The notes under the pieces were generated by a model. The model worked only from the letters and a program-made list of their open reading frames with translations. It was not told the origin of the DNA and made no database searches. Made by a program: the position numbers and the translations under genes. Shown piece after piece: positions 15,733-28,750 of a stretch of 64,000 nucleotides of DNA (position 1 is its first letter; each line of letters opens with the position of its first letter). This DNA comes from Eledone cirrhosa (lineage: Eukaryota), in contig OZ024750.1 in the NCBI GenBank assembly GCA_964016885.1, positions 7,750,001 to 7,814,000 on the forward strand, in the 5' to 3' direction.

Positions 15733-16991
15733 ACTAGAAATTCCTTGGATCTATTCATTGGAATCTTTGAGCATATTCTACAGTGGATATGGAACATGTC
15801 TCTCGGACATGACACCCTTAATTTAATTTTGGATATATATATATATATTGTGCGTGTAGAATGAGGGGGTGTCATAGAAAAGATAAACGAAAAAGTGCAC
15901 TCTGTTATCAACAGAGCTGAAATGATGTAAAACAATTGAATCACATTGTATATAATAAACTAAATATCGAAATAATTTCAATGTATTACTAGTTGAAACA
16001 TGTTGCTGATCTTATCTTGCCTCAGGTGAGCTATATATCAGCGAATCAACTAATCTATAATCAAAGGCTTTCGCTCAATGGTCTCGACACTTTATTTATT
16101 TATTTATTCATTCATTTGGGCTTTGAATATCTAGAACTACATTTTCTAATATGTCCTTCATTTTTGTCAAGGCAGATCTATCCACTATATAGAAGCTTCT
16201 TTGATTGAAACTTTAGATTTTGTAAGGTTCATGGCGTTTAGAGATTTGAAACATAAACAAAAGAAATTAGTTAAATGGCGTTTGATGCTAGAGAAGTAGA
16301 TTCTGTTTGAAACCAATGTATGAAGTATTGTAGCAGCAAATATGCATATTAAATGAAGAATTTTCTAATGTTTAAATATATTGCAATATTATCAAACAAT
16401 ATATTCTAATGAAGTATTAAATATCTCATTAATGGCATTGCTAATGAATTATTCTGGGGTCTTGTAAATAATTACGAGAATATCTTTGTAGCGATATGCC
16501 ATCGGTAGTGTTCCACAGATTGTTAGTTTCCGTTCATTATCCAGTTAGTGGGCCTGTTGATGGCGACGGACTTGCTCTTAATGGAATTTCTCTTAAACAA
16601 AAAATTCTGGAAGATTTATTATTCATTTAACTGCATTCACATCTTCATGATGAAACAGGACATTTTATGATGGAGGGGGGTGGGGGAGGGGAGGATATTT
16701 CAACGTGTATAGTGTTACAATATGAACAATGTTTAGAAAAAAAATTTATAAGAACAACAAGCGAGAGAAAGAAAGAGAGTGAAAGAAAGTGGGTGAGAGA
16801 AATTGAGAGAAAGAGTGAAGGATTGAATGAATGATAGAGATAGGGAGAGAGAAAGAAGGAGTGAGAGATTGGCAGAAAGCGTGTGGATTTGAATGAATGA
16901 TAGAGAGAGATAGATAGATAGAGAGAGAGAAAGAGGAGGGATAGTGAGAGATTGTCAGAAAGAGTGGGGCTTTGAATGGATGATAGATACA

Positions 16992-17022
<31 letters not shown>

Positions 17023-18231
17023 TTACTACAAAGTTTAAATGTTGCTGCATCAAAGACATTCATAAAGAAACACTTTCTGGTAAAAATAAGCAGCCATCCA
17101 TATATACTGAAGAGTTACTTCAATAAATCTATAAATGATGGCAAACATTATAAAAAAATCACAGGAATTCTCATATTTTATTTGAATGAATGTTGTACCG
17201 TTCCTGATCTTGTAATTGCCAATGAGTATTCAATTTAAAGAAAGACTTGCTGAAGCATCTGATAGAATGGCATGCCATATGTGTTACCGTTCTATGTATT
17301 TTTAGACGAGGTTTCTGGAAGTATCTCTTCCGGTTCTTCACATTCTGTGTTCGAATGTTTCACTCAATGAGGTCTCAGCAATAGTAAGATTATTGCAAAA
17401 TGCTGAATAAAAAAAAACAGACTACAAATAAAAGTTGAATAAACTCCCTTAATTAATGTAGCGTGAGTTCATAAGAAAATGCAACGGGCGCTGTGACATT
17501 TTCATTTCGTTTTCAGCTTTGTAAATTCATTTATATGAAAATTTCTGGTTCAGTTTTAATTCTTTCATTTAGGTTTTGGTTAACATCTTATTACAATTTC
17601 AATGTAGGTGAAAATGTATCAGTAGATGTGGTGTTCCTCATCTCCTACTTACACATATAGCAAATATTGTTTTCAGTTTTGTGGCTCTCACAGGTTGTCC
17701 AATGTTATAACATGTTTCATATGTTTCAAAACTTTAAGGTCTGGCCTAAGCCCGGGCTCATTAAGCCGGAGTTTATTCCAGTTTCATTGACCACAAGCGA
17801 CTGAGATTACAATATTGCCCTGAACAGAGCGCTAGTCCATCGATGGACTAACCCTCAGCTGTTATTGATAACCATTTTCAACTGAGTCCACTAAAGCAAA
17901 GTGAAATGAATTTCTTCGTGGGTAAGGCAAAACCTTTGCTATTACACTCATAAGTTCAATGTCCTAACCACGAAGCCATTCAAGTTCATATATATCAGAT
18001 GGCATGTATGTAATTCTCCAATATTTATGTTCTAATTTGAGATCGAAGCTTCTCGAAGTAAATCTATTCCTTACATTCTTCTAGTTTTGATTTTCAGACT
18101 CATCTCGTACGTCATGAAATTGTATATTATAGCCTTAATATGTTTCTTTGAGTTTAAGGTTTTCACTATATATAGTCTTCCTTGCATTAGAAGATATACA
18201 CTTCATTATTAAATTATTCAAATTATTTTTT

Positions 18232-18280
<49 letters not shown>

Positions 18281-18722
18281 AAAAGTTCTCGTTCCTTTTT
18301 GTAATATATAAACTTACGTGATTCTTCTATGTGCAATATATTCTTCACTACTTAGCAATTCTATTCATCCCGATTTACTGGCTGTATAAAAAACCTATCA
18401 CAGAATGATTATTATTTTAACAAACATATTTATAGAAAATATAACTAACATCAATTTCCACTTCACTTGGTTGAATAGAAATAATTGTTAACATTGTTTT
18501 AGTGTTAAAACTATTCATAAACTTCAATATCCACAAGCTCCATGTTAGCGGAATTATATCGCCTACTTTGTTGAAATAAATCCAGGATATGCACACATTT
18601 GTTAGTTATTGCGGAAGTTTATAAAAAAATTGTCAATCGATATAAGGTATCTAGACGTTTTAATGATTTCATACTCCAAATTTCATGACAAATAAGGCAA
18701 CCATTGTTATTTATTTATTTAC

Positions 18723-18753
<31 letters not shown>

Positions 18754-18777
18754 TTCATTCATTCATTCCTCTGATTA

Positions 18778-19383
18778 TCTATATATTATTAAAAGTCTGT
18801 GATTGCTTGCTTGATTGTTATGTAATACAGCCAAAAGGGCGCATAATGGGAAAATACTTTGGAAGGAGGTTCACCCTGAAATGGGAATACAAATCGAATA
18901 AAACAAGTTTCGCGTAAATAGGACCACGGGTTCCCGAGATATGGGGTTTTTCCGGGTTCCTTCATAAACAAAGAGAGAAAAAGAGAGAGATAGGGAGAGA
19001 TAGTGGTTGTGGCAGAGTAGATTGAAAGAGAGAGAGGATACAGAGAAGGAAAATGGAAGAGAGCTGATGGTGTTGTTGTGTGTGTATATATATGTGATTG
19101 TGTGTGTATATGTATATGTGTGTGTATATGTCTGTGTGTCTATGACCAGTGCATATAGATCAGACCCCCCCATATATATATATACACACACACGTATCTA
19201 TATACACACACACGTATATATATATATATACACACACGTATATATATGGGCCTTCGAGTTTCATTTCACATTATATACATGTCTATGTATATATTTATTA
19301 TTGAAAAATTATTTTTGAGTGAACATGATTTAAAAAAATATATTTTGAAGGGAACGTGACCCAATAGGTCACAGGTGGTCTAG
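18778..19383 (+). mobile_element. Non-autonomous Helitron
   Basis: 5' end is A|TCTATATATTATTAAAAG. 3' end has hairpin GTGACC-CAATA-GGTCAC (19356-19372) then CTAG|T. Internal GA/GT/TA simple repeats. Confidence 0.75.
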
Positions 19384-19468
19384 TAACAATTAATCTTGTT
19401 TTTGGCTGAATAGTTAGAGCGTCGAAAAAAATAAAAAACACGTAGTAGAATTTGTTCCGTCTCTTTAC

Positions 19469-19600
19469 GTTGTCATCAGATAAAATAAGGTAACATGATA
19501 TGATGCCTAAAAACACTCGTGAACAAGAATGTGTCCAGTCAACATATGACAAGTGTTTTTAGGCATCAGATCAGGTTACCTTATTTTATCTGATGAGAAC
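19469..19600. repeat. 52-bp inverted repeat hairpin (MITE-like)
   Basis: Arms 19469-19520 and 19549-19600 with about 5 mismatches and a 28-nt loop. Confidence 0.75.
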
Positions 19601-19772
19601 ACAATTATCATCTCAGGATGATATTTGTTTTTGAAATGCGCATAATAAAATATATGGAGCTTTTTTAACCATCTTTTAATTTCTTCTATATATACTACAG
19701 TTCTATCAACTGTTGAGTGCTACTTATCTGATATATGCATAGTTTTATTGTTCTACAATAAAACTCACCTCC

Positions 19773-19814
<42 letters not shown>

Positions 19815-19830
19815 AATATATATATATATA

Positions 19831-20213
19831 TTGTGGAACGGAAAAAATGAAACGAAATTTCATTTCCCACTCTTAGTACGGCTATTACTTAAATATAAGT
19901 ATGTACACGTACATACATATATGTATACAGACGTACAGTAGTATGTATATATATGTACATAAATGCACACATATATATATGTACGTATGGATTCACCGAA
20001 CATTTATTATAATGCTCGGTGTGTTTGTAAACAAACATCCCGTATTAAGCCGTAGTGTCCAGCAACCATCGTAGCTCGTTTGTTCAACACTGACAAATAA
20101 ATGTTCGGTGAATCCATACGTACATATATATATATATGTGTATGTATGTATATATATACACATACTACTGTACGTCTGTATACATATATGTATGTACGTG
20201 TACATACTTATAT
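19831..20213 (-). mobile_element. Family D asymmetric fold-back in (TA)n
   Basis: Arms ~19893-20008 and 20096-20213 carry AATAAA at the inner end, with a ~60-nt tail at 19831-19892. Confidence 0.75.
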
Positions 20214-21031
20214 ATATTGTAATATATATATTGTAATATATATATATATATTGTAATATATATATATATATTGTAATATATATATATATATATATTACAA
20301 TATATATAACAAATATGGATTATTCTTTTCTCTTTAGTTATACTCTGTCTTTCATGCTACATAAATCGCACCATGTTGTCTTTGAATCGTCCCCTGGGGC
20401 CTTGTGGCCAATACATTACATAATAATAATGATAATGATGATAATGATAATAATGATAATGATAATAATGATGGTGATGATAATTATTATGTTATCTTGA
20501 CATGCAAGATGCAGTTGTTCCATAAAGAATCTGTCAATTGTCATTATCATGACATAGCAGTAAGAATCGAAATGAAGGTGTTCATATTAGGACATTGTGG
20601 TGGTGGTGATGCTGGCGTCGACGATGGTGGTGGTGACGATGGTGGTGGTGGTGATGGTGGTGGGGGTGACGATGACGATGTGAATATCCTTTCTAGCAGC
20701 ATTCAAACATGAATGAAAACAAAAGGAAAAAAAAAAAAAATTTAGAAAATATTTAAATTCTATACGAATTTCCCTCCATATTCTTCCCGCCTCCAGAGAC
20801 TTGATTGTCAAGGGAGGACATTTGTAGAGCATTGGCAGAGGAAAATATACGGCTTTTCTTATCAATACCTTCTGCTTCATTCCGATCTTAGGAGTTTTCT
20901 TTCAGTCTTCACTAAAGATTTAGTTGTTTTTTCTTACTATATTTTTATTTTACTTTTGGTTTTAACAAATTTTTCGAAAAAAATTTATTCTAAATTGTTC
21001 ATAGATTCCAGATCTGCACTTGTGAATATTT

Positions 21032-21065
21032 CTACTACTACTACTACTACTACAACCACCACCAT

Positions 21066-21104
<39 letters not shown>

Positions 21105-21365
21105 AACCACCACCATTACTACTACTACTACAACCACCACCATTACTACTACTACTACAACCACCACCATTACTACTACTACTACTACTACTACTACTAC
21201 AACCACCACCATTACTACTACTACTACAACCACCACCATTACTACTACTACTACAACCACCACCATTACTACTACTACTACTACTACTACTACTACAACC
21301 ACCACCATTACTACTACTACTACTACAACCACATCTACTACTGCTACTAATAATAATAATAATAC
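21032..21365. repeat. (ACT)n-ACAACCACCACCATT higher-order repeat
   Basis: Directly visible. It produces the poly-Thr and poly-Val ORFs. Confidence 0.95.
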
Positions 21366-21374
21366 CATCACCAT

Positions 21375-21762
21375 TACATTTCTATTCGGCCAAGGCCTCA
21401 TCTACTTTATCAAACGCCACTTGGAAAGGAAGGTGAGGTTGGAAATAGAAGTGCACCCTTTCCCCCAATATATTTAAGATGTCGGTGAATGTAGCAAGGA
21501 TGGTCCGAGTGAATGGACCCTATTCTAAGCCTGCACCTTTGGAGTATTCAGTGGGATGGGAGTCCCTTTTCTCTGCTGCTCTTAACGATCAATGTGACTT
21601 TATATCTGCAGGCGGCAAAATAACCATTTGGCGGAGGGAAGGGGGTGCATTGTTAATCATTCTCGTTACCATTGTATTTGTTTCTTCTGTAACTCTTCAG
21701 TGCCCCTGTTAATTTGTATTGTCCTTTATATTTAGGGCCTAGTGACCAATAAAGGAATCATT
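21375..21762 (+). mobile_element. L1/Tx1-like LINE 3' end
   Basis: GQGLIYFIKRHLERKVRLE...VNVARMVRVNG remnant, followed by a 3'UTR ending GACCAATAAAG. Confidence 0.55.
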
Positions 21763-22634
21763 ATAACCCTTCAAGCTGAGGACGTTGAATGGATTAAATC
21801 GTTAGGGCGTCGAACAAAATGCATTGTGGTAACCATTTACGATCCTTTGCGTTTTGAGTTTAAATGGCAATGGGTTCAAATTTTTATCTAAACCTTCCAA
21901 AATTGATAAAATAATATACCAGCCAGTTATTGGGTTGGATTTCATCTACTATCCGGTCCCACTAAATCTGTGCCCTTCTGTTTATGATGGCTACAATTAC
22001 TTTTATTATCATTGTCACTTCTTTGAGAGTTTCATGTGGGTTTACTACATTAGCATATTTGATGTGATAGTGTAACATGAAGTTTTTTTTATCTGAGACT
22101 TCTATAGAATTAGCGTAGAGTTCGTTCTCTTCTATTGAAGAAATTTTTTTAACTGTTGTTCATTATATTCTTTTATCATTGCAACATCTACTGTTTCTTC
22201 TAGTTGCTTTGAACTTCTTCCAATCGATATAAACCTCATGTTGTGAAGCTTTTCATCCAAGTATTGTCAACAACCTCGTGCGCTTCTGTGGTCAATAAAA
22301 CAAATTATTATTAATATTTCTCTTTGCTCTCAACATTTCTATATACCCCCCCCCCCCGTATTACAGTTGTCAGTGTCAAAGTGTGTCCTGCAGTCTGATG
22401 CATCTAACATTTTTCTTATGGTTCTTGCTGTGTCTATCAAATAAAACTTTTGGGGGAATTCAGGAAATTCACCTCTATATTCAACATCTTTAATCAACCA
22501 TTTACTCTACTTGTTACTGTATTAATACTGTATTACAATTGGATAATAACAATATTACAGCAATTCTAAATTATCTAAATTTCGTAATTTAGTTCGAGAC
22601 ATTAATCTATTTTCTTGCATTTTTCTCTACCTAC

Positions 22635-22765
22635 CACTCTCGTATCAACTGAAATGTAGGAACCAGATCCGCCTGTATTCTTGCTTCGTTCTCAGTCTTA
22701 AATATCAGACTTGGATTGTACCACATGTCGACCCAGGTTTCTGCTAAATGTTTTCTTGGAAGCAT
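22635..22765 (-). CDS. Candidate upstream coding exon
   Basis: ATG...MLPRKHLAETWVDMWYNPSLIFKTENEARIQADLVPTFQLIRE-TG|GTAGGT. The phase-2 donor is compatible with the 13961 acceptor. Confidence 0.25.
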
Positions 22766-23673
22766 ATGGAAGCTTCTTCTTCCTTTTATTTCCGGAAGAT
22801 TCGAGGTTTTCCCTAGTTTCTCTCAGCTCCATTAAATCCTCCAGCAAAGAAAAATTCTCCCACGTTTTCTCTTCGATCCGAGATCTGTCCTATGTTCAGC
22901 AACATCCGCAGCCAACCACGAGGAAAGCGAATGACATTAATATTTAGAAAAAAAGAAATATATATATGAGGCGAATTCTAATTTTCCTACACTGTGGTAA
23001 TGGGTTAGGTTTCAAAATACTCTAAGCCCTATTATTGGCAATATAATATAAATAAAACAGTATCTTCATTAAGTACGACAGGGCAAATTTAAATCATCTC
23101 TCGAGCTGTATTAATGGCGCCCGTTCGTCGCAATAACAGCAATAATAATATCGATAATAAGCTGTATAAAAATAAATATCTCTACTGTTCCGGAAAATAT
23201 GAATTTCCATCAATAGTATGAATTTCCATCAATAGTATGAAGATGGAAAGAAAGCAAAAACAAATGACAAAACTAATAATGATTACTTACGCAAATAATG
23301 TATTAAGTTATTCTACTTGTAATATTCTGTGTAATATACATTATGTATCTTTAATATTTACCCTAAATTGTGACTGGTCGCTACGACTAAAGACACCAAC
23401 AGATCACAAGTCAATTCGACACTCGAGAAGTTCAATCAAATTGATGACAAATAATTGTAAATGAAATCCATATAATTCTATTGAAGGATAAAAAAAAAGA
23501 ATGGATGCTTTTATATTTGATGCATAAAATATCGAAATCATTTGCCGTGTAAACAATCTGCTATGTGGGAAACGACAAAAAGTATAACAATATCATCAAA
23601 AGACCAGAAACTAATACACAAAGTCGTGCAAATAAAACAGAAAAACTACAAACACGAGTTGAATACGCTTCAA

Positions 23674-23889
23674 TATTACATGCAACTTTAACACAGAATC
23701 TATTTAAAAAAATGAAACTGCCTCAACATAGTTTTGATGCTTGGAAAGCAAAATGACAGTATATAAAATTAACTTTAGATGTGAAATGTCTGACTAAATA
23801 ATTTTAAATATATAAATATAGAAAAGGCTTCCACAGGACTAGAACTGTTTCAGTCGGGAGAAATATATATATTCGGGAATACCATATAT

Positions 23890-23928
<39 letters not shown>

Positions 23929-24452
23929 CCATCCAGGGGGTGTAACTTGGAGTTACTGCAGGTTCACCCGGGAGAGCACTCGATGTTTAGGTTCACTTCT
24001 GTGTTGAGGTGTAGAGCTATACAGAGTGTAATATATTGAAAGGATAACAAGGACGATTGATTACTCCTTCATTGCATTTATTGGTAGGTGACACGCGTTT
24101 CGCCACTGATCAGCTCAAGTTTCGATCTGTATAGATCCTATCCGACTCAATAATCGGCGGCTCGAACCTTGAGCTGATCAGTGGCGAAACGCGTGTCACC
24201 TACCAATAAATGCAATGAAGAAGTAATCAATCGTCCTTGTTATCCTTTCTATATATATATATATAATATAATGTGTGTGTGTGGTGTATCTAAAAAATAA
24301 ATTTTAACTATTTCTCTTTTAAAATTATTTAGTCAGACAGATCACATCTAAAGTTAATTTTATATTGGGTTATTTTGCTTTTCAAGTATCAAAACTATGT
24401 TGAGGCAGTCTCACTTTTTAAATAGATTCTGTGTTAAAGATGCATGTAATAT
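23674..24452. mobile_element. Older long inverted-repeat element (MITE or fold-back) enclosing family F
   Basis: 23674-23808 and 24320-24452 are diverged reverse complements (TATTACATGC...GCATGTAATA). Confidence 0.7.
23929..24249 (-). mobile_element. Family F fold-back PLE-like element
   Basis: Arms 24038-24125 and 24162-24249 (~88 bp) contain GGCGAAACGCGTGTC (hammerhead 3' half with palindromic ACGCGT) and AATAAA. Tail is ~108 nt, with TA flanks. Confidence 0.8.
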
Positions 24453-25484
24453 ATACACATATACTCTCTCTCTCATATATATGTTATACTTATTAGATAA
24501 ATAAATATTGAAATCGCTTTTGAACAGCTGGCGTTCTTCTAACACAGCAATTCTGTATTCTAGTCAGTATTTTATTTTCTACCTTTTTGTATACTTTCGT
24601 ATCTACCGATACTACATAGATGCGTTCTGCTTTAATTTACTGTAGACATAACGTCTCAACAGCTGAACTGTGAGATGCATGATATGCTACGAGTTTATTT
24701 AATGAAGATTATACAGGTTGTGGTGGCTGGTAATATGTGACTTCGGTAATAAAAAGACTTCGATACAAAGATATGTTAATGGCACAACAAAAGACAAGTG
24801 CTCCGTATTTAAACAGGTGTTTGCTGGAACAACATGCGAAACCTTAATGTTTTAAGCCAAAAATAAAACAAACAAAATATATATTGATTTATCGCAAAAT
24901 TATTTTAATTATTAGTTGTGATGGTGTCCATTTTAATAAAATAGAGTTTATGTTCATTTGGGACTTACATAGATCTCTGAGTGCAGGAACTAAACTATAG
25001 AGGGGAGGGGACAGAGAGTTGCAATTTTAGTATCGAACGATTGGGATATGAATAAAGACAATACAGATTAAACGAGCTAGATTGTAGGGTGTGAGGTTTG
25101 GGTCTGTACGGATAGCTAGATGAGACGACAAACTCCTATTGTATTATAGACAGAGAGAAGAAACAGTTCGTTTGGAATAAGAGGTATAATCGATAGAATC
25201 GATTCTATTTTTAGCTGATAGCTATATTATTGACCAAATGTATATAAGTCGAATTCCTCCAAGGTGTGGTTCAAGCTCAGAACGGAAGATAACAGAACTA
25301 AATACAATAAAAGAATTTGTCCGGCTCTTTTTACCAATAAAACTTTGTTTTTTGAATTCTTCTTCTTCTTCTTCACCTTGAAAGTAAGATGAGGCTGGTG
25401 GTTATAACATAACCCACAAAGTATATACTCTATTCAATTAGTACTCGACATTGTACCACTTAACCCAGCTTGTACAACAGAAAA

Positions 25485-25968
25485 GGTTACCTTTGCCTTT
25501 CCTCCTTACGGGGTCGATACAATAAAGTACAAGGAACGGACTAGGGTTGTTTTAATCGACTTTCCCTCCCTCAAAATTGTTGGCCTTGTACCTAAAATCA
25601 GACACGAGGGTCGGACGCCATGCTTTCCAGCATAGTTACGTCCCTTTACGATCTGAGTTCAAATCCCGCCGAGGTTGACTTTGCCTTTCATCCTTACGGG
25701 GTCGATAAAATAAAGTACCAGTAATGCACTGGGTAATTGCTGGCCTTGTGCCTAAAGTAGAAACAATTATTACGTGAATTGGCAGTATTGGCAGTATGGT
25801 AGAGGGTCAGACACCATGCTTTCCAGCATAGTTACATCCCTTTACGGTCCGAGTTCAAATCCCTCCGAGGTTAACTTTACCTTTCATCCTTATGGAGTCG
25901 ATAAAATAAAGTACCAGTAATGTACTGGGTATTCGCTGGCCTTGTGCCAAAAGTAGAAACCATTATTA
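25485..25968 (+). mobile_element. Three head-to-tail SINE copies
   Basis: Core at ~25495, ~25683 and ~25880. Confidence 0.9.
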
Positions 25969-26801
25969 CATTGTCTTGAGATCACATATATTTAGGAGTA
26001 GTGTATACTCGATTTAAGAGATTCTTCATATAGTACGTCTAATATTTGTAATTATCTTCCGATTTTGAAAAAGTCGGGTAATTGTTATTTCAGACAATTT
26101 TTAAAATATCGCTTCCATCTGCTCTGTTGTAAGCGGCCATATTCTCTCCTGATTCCTATATATTATTAATAAACAAGCAATGACTCACAGCCAGTGGTTA
26201 CAAATTAGAAACTAGTAATTAATTACGCAAGATAGCGTATAGCAATAAATGTAATTACTTTAATAAATTAATGTACATTTTTATCTTGCAAATATATTTA
26301 AGCTTGTTCAATAATTGTGGAATTACGTAATTAATTTTGCTCACTGCTTGTCAAAAAACAACAGCTGCTGTAGATCATGCTTAGTTTTAGTTGTACAAGT
26401 TGGGTGGATGTCTTTAAACCATTTTCTTTGTTATCATTTAGATTATCTCTGTGACAAGGATGGTCCGACTCCATTATTTCTTAATACAACGGTTTGTGAG
26501 ATGTTCTAATAATCTCCTCTTTAGCAAGACTTGGTTTGGTAACTTTGATTCATTTGCACATTTGACCCGAGTTTTCTCTCTGTATCTATTGCATCCTTAC
26601 TAAACTGATTTTTGATCTTCTGAACTAACTATCTACATGCCCCATCTATTCAACGTGATCTACCATATGCTTGCATCAAACGGACTATTTATCATCGTGT
26701 TTTAGTGCAATTTTTGCTTCCATCATAGGGTGAAAGCAGAAATGGTTTGCTTAAATGTTTAATCCCTGCTAATAATAAATATTCGGTCTACGGGTTTATA
26801 T

Positions 26802-26955
26802 ATTAGAAAGTGAACAATATATAACTACTCCATTAACAAAGGTTTCAGGACCCTAGACAATATTAATACGTCTAGATGTTCACTTTCTAATTAAATAGCT
26901 CTGTTCTATACATAGAGGACTCTTTTTTCCTTTGTTTTTTCTTCGGAATTACCCT
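26802..26955 (+). mobile_element. Family H small fold-back; tail-only paralog at 10315-10376
   Basis: 15-bp IR at 26802-26816 and 26877-26891. The minus strand has a GGTCCTGAAACC half-motif. The tail ATAGCTCTGT.CTATACATAGAG.ACTC recurs at 10321. Confidence 0.6.
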
Positions 26956-26985
26956 AAAACATATATATATATATATAGAGAGAGA

Positions 26986-27415
26986 GAGTATTGAAGTTTC
27001 CTTGAAGCATTGTGGAATAATTTAAAAAAAAAAAATTTTTTTTTTTTGGGGGGGGGGGGCGTTTTGGAAGCCTCAACAATGCAAATGGGTAAATCTCCGG
27101 GTAACAGAATCCGGTGGTGAAGAGAGAGATGTAAGGGAGTGTAGAATGAGATGTATAGTATGTAGAGGAACGTACAAAAGAGCGTAAAAAATAAAAATAA
27201 CACGAGATAGAGTTACCTTGGGAGAGATTTAATTGTCCCTATATTTCGGATTCGCATCCATCAACTGGGGGGTTTTCCGGGAGCGGGGGGGGGGGGAAGT
27301 TATCTGTCGGAGAGGAACGGTACGTGGCCTCTGTTGTGTTGTCCGGTGTTTGTATTATGTTACCCGGAGATTTACCCATCTTCATTGTTGAGGCTTCCAA
27401 AACGGCCCCCCAAAA

Positions 27416-27420
<5 letters not shown>
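26986..27420 (-). mobile_element. Family G fold-back PLE-like element
   Basis: ~50-bp IR at 27055-27106 and 27358-27412, internal degenerate hammerhead at 27237-27270, tail to ~26986, TA/GA flanks. Confidence 0.7.
27237..27270 (-). ncRNA. Degenerate minimal hammerhead
   Basis: Minus strand: CCC-CAGUUGA-U-GGAU(GCGA)AUCC-GAAA-UA-UA-GGG-ACAAUUAAA. Stems are intact but there are two core mismatches to CUGAUGA. Confidence 0.55.
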
Positions 27421-27461
<41 letters not shown>

Positions 27462-27475
27462 GGCTCAATAGAAAG

Positions 27476-27525
27476 TCTTGCTACTCTGGAGTTTCGCCTG
27501 TTTATCACAGGGTCATCAGACAAGA
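27476..27525 (-). ncRNA. Type-I hammerhead ribozyme motif
   Basis: Minus strand: UCUUGU-CUGAUGA-C-CCUGU(GAUAA)ACAGG-C-GAAA-CUC(CA)GAG-UA-GCAAGA. Stem I is 6 bp, stem II 5 bp, cleavage triplet GUA. The motif fills most of a ~68-bp island between TA tracts. Confidence 0.85.
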
Positions 27526-27560
27526 ATATATATATAGATACATATAGGAATGATATATAT

Positions 27561-27654
27561 ATAGGAACTCGTTCCTATTACCCCCTCTACTACCCTAAGT
27601 ATGGAGTACTTTGGTGCGTTATGGTCCATCTGGTTCCTTACCACTTCTCCTTCG

Positions 27655-27656
<2 letters not shown>
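27561..27656 (+). mobile_element. Family A element with 8-bp mini fold-back
   Basis: ATAGGAAC-TC-GTTCCTAT followed by the family A tail, with TA flanks. Confidence 0.8.
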
Positions 27657-27698
<42 letters not shown>

Positions 27699-27744
27699 GT
27701 GGCTTCCAGTTTATTACTGGCCTTTTTATTATAAATAAATTGTG

Positions 27745-27960
27745 AGCGTTGGTTTGGCAACATCAAATGAGCTTCGGACATTTGCAGTATTTAGTTACGT
27801 TTTACCTCCTGAGTTCAAATCCTGTCGGGGTCAGATTTAGTTTACATCCTTCCAGGATCGATAAAGTAGTGTAAAATTATCAGTTAAGTACTGGGATCGA
27901 TATGCTTGACTTTCCCCTTCCCCCATATAACTGGCATAGTGCCAATATTAGAAGGAATAA
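27745..27960 (+). mobile_element. Diverged SINE copy
   Basis: CTGAGTTCAAATCC B-box and a degenerate core. Confidence 0.7.
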
Positions 27961-28214
27961 TATAAACACGTGTGATTCTCATTCAATGGTTTTGATTTAT
28001 GTTCTCAAACGGAATAAACAGTCCATAATATAACTTTTCAATCTTTCATACGTTTGTTTGTTTTTTCAGCCCCACCCCACCCCACCCCACCCTGCCTGCC
28101 AATCACTGTAATAAATTCATCAAGATCAATAGTCTCATCAACTTCATCATCGTTATCAATAACCTAGTCAGAAAGCCACGTCACCGCTATTTTAAACGTC
28201 CAGTGCCGGCAATA

Positions 28215-28299
28215 CCTTCATCATCTCCACCAACACTACCACCACCATCATCGTCATCATAATCATCACCATCACCACCATCATCATCATCACATTATC

Positions 28300-28330
<31 letters not shown>

Positions 28331-28750
28331 CCACCACCACCCTCATCATCATCATCATTGACATCATTATCAACATAATCCTCATCACCACCACCACTGC
28401 CACCACCATCACCATCGTCATCACCATCATCATCATCATCATTATCACCATCATGAGCATCATTATCATCGTCAGCATCATCAACATAATTATCATCACC
28501 ACCACCATCACCTTCACCACCACCTTCACCACCACGACCATCATCATTATCATCCATCATCATCAACATAATCATCACCACCACCATCACCATCAACATA
28601 ATTATCACCACCATCATCATCATCGTCATCATCACCACCATAATTATCACCACCATCATCACCATCACCATCATCATCACCACCATAATCATCACCACCA
28701 TCACCATCATCATCACCACCATAATCATCACCATCATCACCATCATCATC
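28215..28750. repeat. CAT/CAC trinucleotide low-complexity tract
   Basis: Directly visible. Confidence 0.95.

Noticed and set aside
17025-17130. Possible middle exon on the minus strand
   Set aside because: Weak donor, and stops in most acceptor/frame combinations.
20956-21477. Poly-Thr mucin-like ORF
   Set aside because: An ACT/ACC repeat fused to a LINE 3' remnant, with no signal peptide or splice support.
22640-22690. LVPTFQL resemblance to DDIT4/REDD1
   Set aside because: The upstream PCGLRG motif and the C-terminal motif are absent, so it is likely chance.
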